Assembly (NCBI GenBank): GCA_964409875.1
Contig: CAYPEN010000001.1
Coordinates: 292,275-356,274 of the forward strand
DNA from: an uncultured Gammaproteobacteria bacterium
Lineage (GTDB): Bacteria > Patescibacteriota > Microgenomatia > Levybacterales > GWA1-39-11
Direction of reading: 5' to 3'
DNA: 64,000 nt
The notes below the pieces were generated by a model. The model did not search any database, was not told the DNA's origin, and was given only the letters and a program-made list of their open reading frames with translations. Position numbers and translations under genes: made by a program. Of the stretch, positions 46,201 through 61,200 are shown piece by piece; within the stretch, counting starts at the first letter, position 1, and each line of letters opens with the position of its first letter.

Positions 46201-49200
46201 CCTTGGAGCATCACTCATTGATGCTGGAACCAACAATTTGCTTGTTACTTCTGGAGCATTTACGGTTGATGCAACAGGCATTAATACTACGGCAATTGGT
46301 GTTACAACCCCAAAGCAAGCAACATTTACAACCCTTTCCTCGCTTAGCGACACAAGTATTGCAACGGGAGCAGGCGCAATACTTAATGCCGGAAACACAA
46401 CGGGTGCCGTCACAATCAATGGCTCAAATGTAACAATTAATGCTAACGGAACCGGTAATGGGATTGCGTTTGGTTTGCCTGTAGACTCGCCAAATGCATT
46501 TAGTGTTTCAGAATCGACCAACGGATACATCAACGTTGACACATCAACGGGGGCAGAAAACGTTTCATTTGGAAACACCAACACAAATCCAACATTTCAA
46601 TTCCAGGGGACTGGAGCAACAACGTTTGGCGGGGACGTTGCGGTGAACGGCGGGGTTCTTTCAACAACTGCAGTATCCGCCTCACTCTTCAATACCAATG
46701 CAACTACCCTTAATATAGGAGGTGCTGCAACAACGGTAACGCTTGGAGCCAACACCGGAACAACAACCGTCAACAACGCGCTTGCCGTTACGGATTCTGT
46801 AACCGTTACGCCGAACAATGCTACAGGAATTGCGCTTAATCCTTTCGGGGTTGCTGCCGGAAATACTGCTGAAGCGCAATTTTATGAGCTTGCAGCCAAT
46901 GGGAGCGAATACACAGGATTTAAGGCTCCTGATTCCTTAGCGGCAACGGTTGTTTATACCCTCCCTTCTGCCGCTGCAGGAGCCGCCGATTATGTTTTGA
47001 CATATCAAAATGGTGGGTTGCTTGAATGGAAGAGCGCAAATCTTCTCGCGGGCGACATCACAGCTGTTGGTGATGTTTTGACAGGTGACGCATTTACAGG
47101 AACAGATGCAGGAAACAATTTATATTTCCAAGGTGCAACTGTTGACTCGTTCTCAATTGATCTTCAAGGAGCTGATGCAACGCAAAATGAAACAATAGTT
47201 TTACCTGCGAATTCCGGTACGGTAACTCTCTTACAGCCCCGCTTTGCACAGACTGCTACCGGAACTCAGCCACTGTTGTTCTTGAACGAAGCGGGGGCTT
47301 CAACGCCAAACCTCATCCAGTTGCAGGTTGCTTCAAATGATGTGTTTACTGTTGATAACAGCGGGAATGTTGCAATAGCCGGTGCAACAGTTTCATCAAC
47401 AGGTAGTACCGTTAACCTGTTTAATACTGTCACTTCAACGCTTAATATTGGTGGCGCTGCGACAACAGTTTCCTTGGGAGCAGGAACTGGCACGACAACC
47501 GTTAATAACGCGCTGACATCTACTGGACTTATTACCGCTAATGGAGGACTGACAGTTGCAAACGGACAAACCCTTACTGTTGATGGAATTGCAAATATCG
47601 GGGACGGTGGAGATGCAGTTGCCCTCAACGGGACAACCATTACGCTCACTGCAAATGGTGCAGGTAACGATATAACTGCAAACCTGGTAGATAACAATAC
47701 CGATGCTTTAGACATCCAACAGGGTACGAACAATTATCTAAATATTGATACTACAGACGGGTCTGAAAACATAACATTTGGAAATGCTACGACCAATCCG
47801 ACATTTACTTTCTTGGGAACGGGGCTTACTACTCATGGTGGGAGTATCGCGGTCAATGGAGGTGATATCACAACAACAGCCGGAACAGCCAATATCTTCA
47901 ATGCGAATGCAACAACTGTCAATATCGCAGGAGCCGCTACAGCGCTCTCATTAGGTGCTTCAACTGGGACAACCAGCATCAATAATAACGCAGTTGTTAC
48001 CGGCGACCTTGCTGTAAATGGGGCGTCCAGTGCAGATATCACTTCAACCACCGCAACAGCGACAGTGTTCAATTCAGGAGTTACGAATTTATCTATCGGG
48101 AATGCAGCTACTACCCTCTCTATAGGAGCCTCGTCAGGAACAACAACCGTTAATAACGCGCTGACTATAACCGGTGCAACAACGGCTAATGGGACATTTA
48201 CGGCAAACAACCAGGTGACGCTTCAACCATCGGGAACGAATGGAGTTACCATTGTTACTGATGGTAATTCATTCCTCACCATTCCGGGTCTTACCACTCC
48301 TGTTGCTTCAAATTCTACCCTTTGTATTGACGCATCAGACAATGTTGTTAAATGTCCTCCGTCTGCTTCAACGTTGCAGTCAGCATATAACGGAGGCAAT
48401 ACTATCTTTACCAGTGATGGACGTGATGTTGCCTTTACTCTTACAGACACGACCACCGACAGCAAATTCACTATTCACACCGCAACCGGTTCTACAGCGG
48501 GGACAGAGTTTGTACGTGAAGATGGTGCTGGTACAGCAGATCCAACACAGCTTGTCTTAATTGATAACGCAGATATCGATAGAATTCTGCCTATTGGTAT
48601 TAAAATAACCTCTTCCGGAACGAGCGGGGTCACTACAGCGCTTGATGTTTCCGACCCGACAATAGTAACGGCAATTGCGCTCGGTGCAAATGATGTAACC
48701 GGAACCAATTTCTCAGTAACTGGCTCGAACGGGAATATAACGTCCGCTGGAGACATTGCTGTTAATGGTGGAGATGTGACAACTACCAATGCGACTGCTA
48801 CCCTCTTCAACTCAAATGCAACCAGCCTCTCAATAGGCGGCGCCGCAACGACATTAACCTTAGGAGCGAATAATGCAGGAACCGCAACAATAGCAAACGC
48901 TACCGTTACGCTGTCAAATGCTACAGCATTCAACGCTCTTGCGGCTCTTGCAAAAGTAGATAGTCTTGAAGTAGGCGGAGCATACGGCTCAACCGGGGTG
49001 ACGATTTCAAATGCAGGAGATGTCCAGGCAAATGGAGCACTTACTATTGATGGAACATCGACTCTAACGGGGGACATTACCTCATCAGGGGATCTTGCCT
49101 TGAACGGTTCAGACATCACTACAACATCGAATGGTACTGCAACACTATTCAACACCAATGCAACGACTTTGAATATCGGCGGTGCTGCAACTACCATCTC

Positions 49201-52200
49201 TCTTGGGGCAGGGAGCGGCACAACAACGGTGAATAATTCCTTGTCGGTAGTAAATGACCTTACGACAACCGGAAATGTCACATTTACTCCTACTGCGGCA
49301 AGTAATGAATCAATAACCTTTAACACCTCATCAACCGAGAAACTTTTTGTCACGGGTCTTCCGACAGCAACAGGAACTTTGGTTTGTATTGATGGCGTTA
49401 CCTCTCAAATTACAAAGTGTGCGGCCGATGCTATCTCACTTCAGAGTGCCTACAATGGAGGAAATACTATTGCAACATCTAACGCAAGGGATATTGCCTT
49501 CACCCTCTCGGATACGGCTACTGACAGCAATTTCACGGTTACAACTGCGGATGGTTCGACTAGCTACTCTGCCTTTACACGCGCAAACGGAACAGGCACC
49601 TCAGACCCAACGCAGCTTATATTAGTTAATAACTTAGATACGAATCGTCCTGTTCCGACCGGCATTAAGATCTCTTCAACCGGAGGAGGAGGAATAACAA
49701 CAGGTCTTGACGTTTCAGATGCAACCATTACTACAGGGATTGCTCTAGGGGCCTCAAGTATTTCAGGAACTAATTTCTCAGTTGCAGGAGGTACGGGAAA
49801 TATAACCTCCGCAGGAGATATTGCGGTAAATGGCGCCGACATTACCACCACTTCAACAGGAACCGCAACAGTGTTCAACACCAACGCTACGACTCTTAAC
49901 ATTGGCGGTGCTGCAACTGCTTATACCCTAGGTGCAACGACTGCTACCGGCAACATTAGAGGCACAACCATTAACTTCCCTAACGCTACAGCTTTTGACG
50001 CGTTGTCAGCATTGGCTCGCTTTGATTCTATTCAGGCAGGTGGCGGATATGGTTCAACAGGGGTAACAATTTCCAACACTGGCAACATTCAGGCAAACGG
50101 GACATTGACAGTTGATAGCACGTCTACGCTTACAGGCGCAGTTACCGCTTCAAACGGAATAACAGTTTCAGGTGTTGCATCAGCAGACCTTATCTCATCA
50201 AAGACAACTGCCAATCTATTTAACACAACCGCAACGACGCTTAACATCGGCGGCGCAGCCACAACTATCTCATTGGGAGCAGCTTTGGGTACAACAACCG
50301 CTAATGGCAGCTTAAGTGTTGTTGATGACTTAACGACTACCGGAAATGTAACATTCACACCAACTGCGTCAAGCAACGAGTCAATAACGTTTAACACCTC
50401 ATCAACGGAAAAGTTTTTCGTCACAGGACTCCCAACTGCTACAGGTACGCTTGTTTGCGTAAATGATTCCGATGGTCAAATCACCAAATGTGCCTCCGAT
50501 GCTATCTCTCTTCAATCAGCTTATGTAGGAGGAAATACCATAACAACGTCCAATGCAAGGGATATCGCCTTCACCCTCTCAGATACAGCAACCGACAGCA
50601 ATTTCACCGTAACAACCGCAGATGGTTCAACAAGCTACAGTGCATTTACAAGAGCCAACGGAACCGGTACGGCGGACCCAGCACAGCTTGTCCTTATAGA
50701 CAACGCAGACACTGATAGAATTTTGCCGATTGGACTTAAGATTTCATCATCAGGCGGTGGAGGAATCACAACCGCTCTCGACCTATCAGACGCCTCAATT
50801 GTGACGGCAATTGCGCTTGGTGCAAATGATATAACCGGCACTAACTTCTCGGTAAACGGTACAAATGGAAATATAACCTCCGCAGGAGACATTGCGGTAA
50901 ATGGTTCGGACATTACAACAACTTCCAATGCAGCCGCATCAGTATTTAATACCAATGCATTAACCCTTAACATCGGTGGTGCGGCAACAACCTATACCCT
51001 GGGTGCAACTACTGCTACCGGTAACATTCGGGGTACAACCATAAACTTCCCTAACGCGACAACCATCAACGCCGGTAGCGCAGCGTTAACCATCGATAAC
51101 GCTATAATCGGTGGTGGCTATGGCTCAACGGGCGTGACCATCTCCAATGCGGGAGATATTCAGGGGAATGGCAATCTTACCATTGATGGTACCTCTACCC
51201 TAACAGGCAACATCACCTCATCAGGTGATCTTGCGCTCAACGGTGGAGACCTAACGACAACCGCTGCAACTGCTACGCTTTTTAACACTAATGCAACAAA
51301 CCTTTCTATTGGAGGTGCGGCAACAACCGTTTCATTGGGAGCATCAGGCGGAACCACAACGATTAATGGGTCGTTAACGGTTAACGAGAACCTTACGTCA
51401 ACAGGAAACGTTACATTTACACCGCCTGCTTCAAGTGGCAACTCAATTACCCTCAATACCTCATCTACCGAAAACCTCTTCATTACCGGCCTTCCGACGG
51501 CTACCGGTACGCTTGTCTGCGTTGATAATTCAACTGGCCAAATTACCAAATGCGCACCGGATGCAATTTCGTTGCAAAGTGCGTACAACGGAGGAAATAC
51601 GATTCAGACCTCAGATAACAGAAACATCGCATTTACCCTCACGGATACGGCGACCGATAGCAAGTTCACAGTTGGTGTTGCTGCCGGCTCAACTGGAGAC
51701 ATCGAATTTACAAGAAACGCAGGTTCAGGCACTGCAGACCCAACGCAATTGGTTCTTATCAAAAACAACCAAACCCGCGCGCTTCCGATAGGACTTAAGA
51801 TTGCAGGAGTAGCAAGTGGGGCAATAACTACTGCCCTTGATTTGTCTGATAGCAACATTACGACTGCAATAGCCCTTGGTGCAAACAGCATCTCAGGCAC
51901 ACACTTTACCCTAACGGGGTCAAACGGCAATATTGCAACTGACGGGAATATTGCTGTAAATGGAGGAAACATAACAACTACCACGTCAAGCGTTTCGATT
52001 TTTGATACGAATGCAACGACTCTTACTTTGGGTAATGCTGCAACCTCTCTTACCATAGGCGCTACAACAGGTACGGCAACTATTCGAAATCAAACCATCT
52101 CATTCCCCAACGCTACAGCACTTGATGCTTTATCTGCCCTAACCCGTGTTGATAGTCTTCAGGTTGGAGGCGCGTATGGTTCAACGGGAGTGACCATCTC

Positions 52201-55200
52201 AAATATAGGGGATATCCAGGCAAATGGTGCCCTCACCATTGATGGAACCTCGACTCTTACAGGGAATGTCACAGTGGGAGGAGACGTTGCAGTTAACGGC
52301 GGCGACCTTACCACAACGCAACTTTCAGCTACTTTATTTAATACCAACGCTACAACTCTTAATATAGGGGGTGCCGCAACTACAGTTTCCTTAGGGGCCG
52401 GAACCGGAACGACAACCGTTAACAACGCACTTACGGTAAGCGGTGCAACAACCGCCAACGCAGGATTTACTGCAAACGGCGCTTCAACATTCACCCCGGG
52501 CGTCGGCAACAGCGTAACTATCAACACTGATTCTACAAACACGTCGTACCTCACCGTTACGGGTCTTGGTACGGCAGCGGGAACGGTTGTTTGTATCGAC
52601 GGAAGCAACAATATCGTCAAATGTAATGCGGCAACAACATCCCTTCAGGCGGCATACAACAGCGGGAATACTATTCTGACTTCAAATGCCCGGGATATCG
52701 CGTTCACTCTAACTAACACTGCATCCGATTCAAATTTTGTCGTAACAACTGCTACTGACTCTACCGGTGGGACTCAATTCATAAGAGCTGATGGTGCGGG
52801 GACTAATGATCCAAACCAATTGGTGCTTATTGATAACGCAGATGCTGACAGGATTCTCCCAACTGCTCTTAAGATTACCTCATCCGGTGGAAGCGGAGTC
52901 ACAACCGCACTTGACGTATCAGACGCCTCAATTGTGACGGCAATTGCGCTTGGTGCAAATGATATAACCGGCACTAACTTCTCGGTAAACGGTACAAATG
53001 GAAATATAACCTCCGCAGGAGACATTGCGGTAAATGGTTCGGACATTACCACCACCTCAACCGGAACTGCAACGGTCTTCAACTCAAATGCGCTTACGCT
53101 TAACATTGGTGGAGCTGCTACTTCATATACAATTGGCGCAACGACTGCTACCGGTAACATAAGAGGTACAACCATTAACTTGCCTAATGCAACAACGTTT
53201 GCAGCAAGCTTAGCCGCAGCATCGTTTGATAGTCTCACAATTGGCGGTGGGTATGGTTCAACGGGCGTAACCGTTTCAAATGCAGGTGACATCCAGGCCA
53301 ATGGTAACCTCACCATTGACGGAACCTCTACCCTAACAGGTAATATCACCTCCTCAGGCGACCTTGCACTTAACGGAGGAGACCTAACAACGACCGCATC
53401 AACTGCTACTCTCTTCAACGCAAACGCGACAACGATACGACTTGGAGAGGGGGCCACAGCGATTTCCGTTGGCGGCCCTAATAGTACGGTAAGTCTTCAC
53501 AATGACCTCCGAGTAAATGGTGTTGCTACGTTTGACGGTGGTGCAACTGTCTCAGCTAACCGAAGTTTCACTGCGAACGGCCCTGTTACCGTTAACCAAA
53601 ACAACGGCAGTGATATCGTCTTTAATCTCGATTACACTGCCGGTTCTTACCTTACCCTTGCCGGGCTTGAGACTCCAGGGGTTGCGGGAGCGGCACTCTG
53701 TCTTGACGGCTCAAATCAAGTTACCAAATGCGGTGGCGCGACATTTTCTTTACAGTCTGCTTATAACGGTGGTAATACCATTAATACATCAGACAACAGA
53801 GACATTGCCTTTACGCTCTCTGACACCTCAACAGACAGTAATTTTACCGTCACAACGGCTGCTGATTCTACCGGCTACTCTGCATTCACAAGAGCAAACG
53901 GCGGAAGTGGAACGAACCCTTCGCAGTTGGTTCTCATTCAAAACCTTGATACATCAAATGCCCTTCCAATTGGCCTTAAAATTGCAGGAGTATCGGGGGG
54001 AAATGTTACAACCGCCCTTGATTTGTCCGACGCTAACATTACGACTGCAATTGCCCTTGGTGTTAACAACGTTTCCGGGACACACCTTACAATTACAGGT
54101 AGCACTGGAGACATAACAACCGACGGAGACATTGCTGTTAATGGTGGGGACATAACAACAACTTCAGGTACCGCAACATTGTTTAACACTGGTGCTACCA
54201 ACCTTTCAGTTGGTGGTGCGGCAACAACATTGACACTCGGTGCCACCACTGGGACAGCTTCTATTAGGAATACAACAGTTTCGCTTCCCAACGCAACTGC
54301 CTTTGATGCATTGTCTGCCTTGGCTCGAGTTGACTCTTTGCAGGTGGGAGGCGGATATGGTTCAACCGGAGTTACAATCTCCAACACCGGCAACATCCAG
54401 GCAAATGGCACTTTGACCATTGATGGAACATCAACGCTTACAGGTAATGTAACAGCAGCCGCAAATGTTGCGGTAAATGGAGGAAGCCTTACAACAACCG
54501 CGGCAACAGGAAATCTTTTCAATGCAAATGCTACTACGGTCAATATCGCAGGTGGCGCTTCTGCTGTTAATATCGGGGGCACTGGTACCACTACTATCAA
54601 TAACAATCTGGCCGTTACAGGAACATCAACTTTCACAGGCACTGCTACTGCAAATGGTGATTTTGTAGCAAACGCCAACTCAACATTTTCACCGACAGGC
54701 ACCGATACCGTTACCATCAACACAACGGGAACGGCACTTCTCAAAATTACCGGACTTCAGACTGCTGCAGGCGACCTTTTGTGTATCGACAGCGGAACAA
54801 ATCAAGTAGAAAAATGTGCCGCTACCTCTATCTCACTGCAGGGAGCATATAACGGAGGCAACACAATAAACACTTCAAATAATAGAGATATTGCATTCAC
54901 ATTGTCAGATACTGCAACTGACAGTAACTTCACTGTCACTACCGCAACAGGCTCAACAGGTTACAGCGCATTTACCAGGCAAGATGGCGTTGGTGCTGCA
55001 GATCCAACACAACTTGTCCTTATCCAAAACCTTGATACTAATAGGGCACTTCCAATTGGTCTTAAAATTGCAGGAGTATCAGGAGGCAATGTTACAACCG
55101 CTCTTGACCTTTCAGACACATTTATAACAACAGCAATTGCTCTTGGGACAAACAATGTATCGGGGACAAACTTTTCAATAAACGGTTCATCAGGGAACAT

Positions 55201-58200
55201 TACGACTTCAGGAGATGTAGCGGTTAACGGTGGTAACCTTACGACAACCCAAGCAACCGCCAACCTATTCAATGCAAATGCGACTACTCTTAACATCGGT
55301 GGGGATGGTACAAATATCACTATTGGGGCTGCTATCGGTACGACTACTATTAATAACGCAACCGTTTCATTTGCAAACGCAACCGCATTCAATGCGCTTT
55401 CTGCTTTAGCAAAAGTTGACTCACTGCAAGTCGGCGGAGGATATGGTTCAACAGGGGTAACTATTTCAAACACTGGAAACATACAAGCAAATGGAACGTT
55501 AACTGTTGACGACACCTCAACGCTAACAGGTGACACAACAGTTGGAGGAACACTTGGCGTAACCGGTGCGACAACATTAAGTTCAACACTTGCAGTAACG
55601 GGAGACACCACTTTGACCGGAGACCTGGCAGTAAACGGAGGAGATCTTACAACCACAGCTGCAACATTTAATCTCCTCAATGCAAATGCCACCACGGTTA
55701 ATTTTGCTGGTGCAGCAACCTCCCTGACCTTAGGTGCCACAACGGGAACAGCATCCATTAGGAATTTGACTGTGTCTCTTCCAAATGCTACTGCATTTGA
55801 CGCATTGTCAGCTCTAGCCAGGGTTGATTCCTTGCAGGTGGGCGGCGGATACGGTTCAACAGGGGTAACTATTTCAAACACCGGCAACATCCAGGCAAAC
55901 GGCACATTAACAGTAGATGGAATTTCGACATTGACGGGAAATGTTACCGCAGCATCAGACGTTGCCGTAAACGGTGGAGACCTTACAACCACAAATGCTT
56001 CAGCTACGTTGTTTAATACTAATGCAACTACCCTTAATATCGGTGGGGCTGCGACAACAGTAACCCTTGGTGCCGGAGGAGGGTTGACTACGCTTAACAA
56101 CAATTTGACCGTGAATCTAACCGATAACAACGCGGATGCATTAGACATTCAAGAAGGGTCAAATAATTACATCAATATTAATACAACGGATAGCTCTGAG
56201 AACATTTCATTCGGGAATGTGACTACCAATCCAACATATTCCTTCCTTGGAAATGGCGCGGCCACCTTTGACGGAAATATCAACGCCAATAGTGGGACAA
56301 TTGCGACCAGTCAGACAACCGGTAACTTATTTAATACCACGGCTACTACCCTTAACATTGGCGGCGCGGCGACTGCTTTGACGCTCGGCGCGTCAACCGG
56401 AACCGCAACCATTAATAACGCTACAGTTGTTGCTCCTAATTCAAAGTTTGGTATCGGTACAGCAACACCTATTTCAGCGCTCTTTGTAACCCGTCCATTG
56501 ACACTTGGCGCGACAGGTAAGGCGCTTACAATCCTAAATCAAATCGAAAATCAGGATATCTTCACCGCATCGTCTTCAGGCACAACACGATTCACTATTG
56601 CAAACAACGGAGATGTGACCGCAAACGGAAATATTACTACGACAGGAAACGTAGCTGTCAATGGAGGAAGTCTCACAACCTCACAGGCGACAGCAAATCT
56701 CTTCAATACGAATGCAACAACCCTTAACATTGGCGGCGCTGCAACAACAGTTTCTCTTGGAGCAGGCACAGGAACTACTACTGTTAACAACAATCTTGCA
56801 ATAACAGGTACAACAACAGCAACCGGCCTTGCAACATTTAACGGTGGAGCAACTATTGCAACCGGCCAGACATTAACTGCAAATGGCGCGTCAACATTTT
56901 CGCCTGATTCTACAAATGACGTGACGTTTAACACCGATGCCGATTCGACAGTGAAATTTAACGGTCTTCAGACGGTTAACGGTAACTCGCTGTGTCTTGA
57001 CGGTTCCAACAATTTGGTCATCTGTAACGGCGCTCCCTTTGGTTTGCAGGCTGCATATAACACCGGTAACACAATCAACACGTCAGACAATAGGGATATT
57101 TCATTCACTTTGTCAGATACTGCAACTGACAGTAACTTCACTGTCACTACCGCAACAGGCTCAACAGGTTACAGCGCATTTACCAGGCAAGATGGCGTTG
57201 GTGCTGCAGACCCAACACAATTGGTTTTGATACAAAACAACGATACCGACCGTGCCCTTCCGATAGGTCTTAAGATCGCCGGGGTAAGTGGAGGCAATGT
57301 CACGACTGCTCTTGATTTGTCTGACACAAATATAACAACCGCAATTGCACTTGGGACAAATAATGTGTCAGGCACCAATTTCTCAATCACTGGATCAACA
57401 GGCGCTATTACAACGTCCGGAAATGTTGCTGTTAACGGCGGAACACTTTCAACAACCAATGCTACCGGCAACTTATTTAATACGGGGGCTACCACCCTCA
57501 ATATCGGCGGCGCTGCTACAACTTACACCTTGGGTGCAACAACAGCTACAGGAAACATAAGAGGCACAACCATCAACTTCCCGAATGCTACAAGTATCTC
57601 CGCAGGAAGTGCCGCTTTGACCATAGATTCATTGTCTGTTGGTGGAGGTTACGGTTCAACAGGCGTTTCAATATCAAATACGGGAGATATTCAGGCCAAC
57701 GGTAACTTGACAGTCGACGGCACTTCAACTTTGACAGGAGACGTTACCGCAGGAGGAGACTTGGCCGTCAATGGCGCAACGAGTGCTGACATTACAACTA
57801 CGACAACAACAGCTACCTTATTTAATACAAACGCAACAACCCTTAATATCGGCGGTGCTGCAACTACAGTTTCACTGGGAGCTGGAAGCGGTACGACAAC
57901 TGTTAATAATGCGTTAACCGCAACCGGATTAATTACCGCAAACGGAGGGGCGACAATTGCCACCGGGCAAACGTTAACAGCGCAAGGTCAGTCAACGTTC
58001 TCTCCGAATTCAACAAACGGAGTCACCATAAATACCGATGCCGATTCATTCCTGACAATTACCGGGCTTAGTACGGCAACAGCCAACACGCTTTGTATCG
58101 ACGGGTCGAATCATGTTGTAAAATGCTCAGCTTCATCAATCACGTTGCAGTCAGCGTATAACGGCGGTAACACTATTGATACTTCTGATGCAAGGGATAT

Positions 58201-61200
58201 TGCATTCAACCTGTCTGATACGGCAACTGACAGCAATTTCACGGTTACAACTGCTAACGGCTCAACGGGCACGTCCATATTTGCGCTGCAAGATGGGGTT
58301 TCAGCAACTGCTCCAGACCAGTTGGTGCTTATCGACAACCAGGACACCGACCTTACGCTTCCAGCGGGTATTAAAGTCACCTCCTCAGGGGGGGGAGCTA
58401 TAACAACAGCGCTTGACCTTTCTGCAAGTGCCATTGTGAATGCGTTATCCCTGGGGGCAAATGACGTTACGGCTACCAATTTCTCATTCACTGGATCAAA
58501 TGGTAACTTCTCAACAAATGGCACTATAACGGCAACCGGGAATGTCAATGCTAATTCGGGAACACTTGCTACAACCAACGCCACTGGAAACCTCTTCAAC
58601 ACCAATGCAACAACCCTTAATATTGGTGGCGCCGCAACAACCTACACATTGGGTGCAACAACGGCAACAGGCAACATAAGGGGTACGAGCATAAACTTCC
58701 CTAATGCGACTGCTCTTGATGCGCTTTCAGCATTGGCAAGAGTTGACTCACTGCAAGTCGGCGGAGGCTATGGTTCGACTGGACTCACCATTTCAAATAC
58801 CGGCAACATTTCTGCCAATGGAACGTTGACCATTGACAGCACATCAACCCTAACAGGGGATGTTACAGCTGCTGCAAATGTTGCTGTCAATGGAGGAACC
58901 CTATCAACCACCAACGCAACTGGAAACCTCTTCAACACCAATGCAACAACTCTTAATATCGGTGGTGCTGCGACAACAGTTTCATTAGGAGCCGGAACCG
59001 GAACAACTACTGTTAACAATGACCTTGCAATAACCGGAACGACGACTTCAACCGGACTTGTTACTGCAAATGGAGGGCTTACCGTTGCAACGGGCCAAAC
59101 CTTGACGGCAAACGGCGCGTCAACCTTCTCTCCTGATTCAACCAATGATGTAACATTTAATACTGACGCAGACTCAACGGTTAAATTCGTTGGCCTTCAA
59201 ACTACCTCCGGCACAGCTCTTTGTCTTGACGGCTCAAGCAATCTTGTTTACTGCACTGGTGCTCCATTTGGTTTGCAGGCGGCATACAACACCGGAAACA
59301 CGATTAACACATCAGACGCCCGTGATATTGCGTTCACTCTTTCAAATACGACAACCGACAGCAACTTCACGGTTACCACCGCTACAGGCTCAACCGGATA
59401 CTCAGCATTTACCCGGGCAAATGGTGCCGGGACAGCTGACCCAACGCAGTTGGTACTCATCCAGAACAACGACACCGACCGCGCTCTTCCGATTGGTCTT
59501 AAAATTGCAGGAGTATCAGGAGGGGTTGTTGCCACCGCAATTGATTTGTCAGATAGCAACATTACGACTGCCCTTTCTCTTGGAGCAGCCGATGTCACCG
59601 CTACAAATTACTCGATAACAGGCGCAACGGGTAACATTACGACAACTGGTGACATTGCAGTAAACGGCGGCGACCTTACGACTACAAATGCTTCTGCTAC
59701 ATTATTTAATACAAATGCCACAACCTTGAATATCGGAGGTGCGGCAACGACTTTGACCCTTGGAGCATCAACAGGAACCGCAACCATTGCAAACGGCACC
59801 GTTACGCTTTCTAATGCCACCGCTTTTGACGCGCTTACCGCACTTGCCAGGGTTGACTCACTTCAGGTTGGTGGCGGATATGGCTCAACGGGCGTGACCA
59901 TCTCAAATGCAGGAGCAATTCAGGCAAACGGAAATCTCACTATTGATGGTACATCACAATTAACCGGCAACGTTACAACCTCTGGAGACCTTGCAGTTAA
60001 CGGTGCCGGAAGTGCTGACATCACGACAACAACCACTACCGCTACTCTCTTCAATGCCAACGCAACAACTCTTAATATCGGCGGCGCTGCTACGAATGTT
60101 ACACTTGGTGCAGGTGGAGGTTTAACAACTCTTAACAATAACCTAACTGTTAATTTAACCGACAACAATACAGATGCGCTGGATATTCAAGAAGGGTCAA
60201 ATAATTACATCAACATTAATACAACGGATAGCTCTGAGAACATTTCGTTCGGAAATGTGACGACCAACCCTACCTACAATTTCCTCGGAACAGGTCTTAC
60301 AACATTAGGTGGTAATTTGGCTGTTAATGGAGGTTCTGTCACAACGACACAAGCAACGGCAAATCTCTTTAACACCAACGCCACGACTTTGAATGTCGGC
60401 GGCGCTGCAACTGTTTTAACTCTAGGTGCTTCGACCGGTACTGCGACAATAAACAATGCAAATGTTTCACTACCCAATGCAAAGCTTGGTGTCGGAACCG
60501 CTGCTCCAATTTCTGCATTATATGTTACCCGCCCACTTTCACTTGCCGTAACAGGAAAGTCTTTGGCTATTTTAGATCAACTTGAAAATCAGGATATATT
60601 CACTGCCTCTGCATCAGGTGTAACCCGCTTTACGATTGCCAATAATGGAGACGTTACGGCAAATGGGAACATAACCGCTTCAGGAAATGTTGCGGTTAAT
60701 GGAGGCACCCTCTCAACAACCCAGACAACGGCAAATCTCTTTAACACCAACGCCACGACTTTGAATATAGGCGGCGCTGCAACAGCACTCAATTTGGGCG
60801 CATCAACAGGAACCGCAACCGTAAATAATCTCACCGTTAACTTTGCAAATGCAACAGCATTCGACGCGTTGTCTGCCTTGGCACGTGTCTCTTCACTTCA
60901 GGTGGGCGGAGGATACGGCTCCACGGGTGTAACAGTATCCTCCGCCGGGGACATTCAAGCAAACGGTGCATTAACAGTTGATGGAGTCTCTACTTTGACG
61001 GGGGATGTAACCGCAGGCGGAGATTTGGCTGTCAATGGTGCAACATCTGCCGACATTACGACAACGACAACTACAGCTACATTATTTAATACCAATGCAA
61101 CGACTCTTAATATCGGTGGTGCTGCAACAACCCTTTCTCTCGGAGCAGGTTCTGGCACAACAACAGTTAACAACAATGTATCGGTTTCAGGAACCACAAC

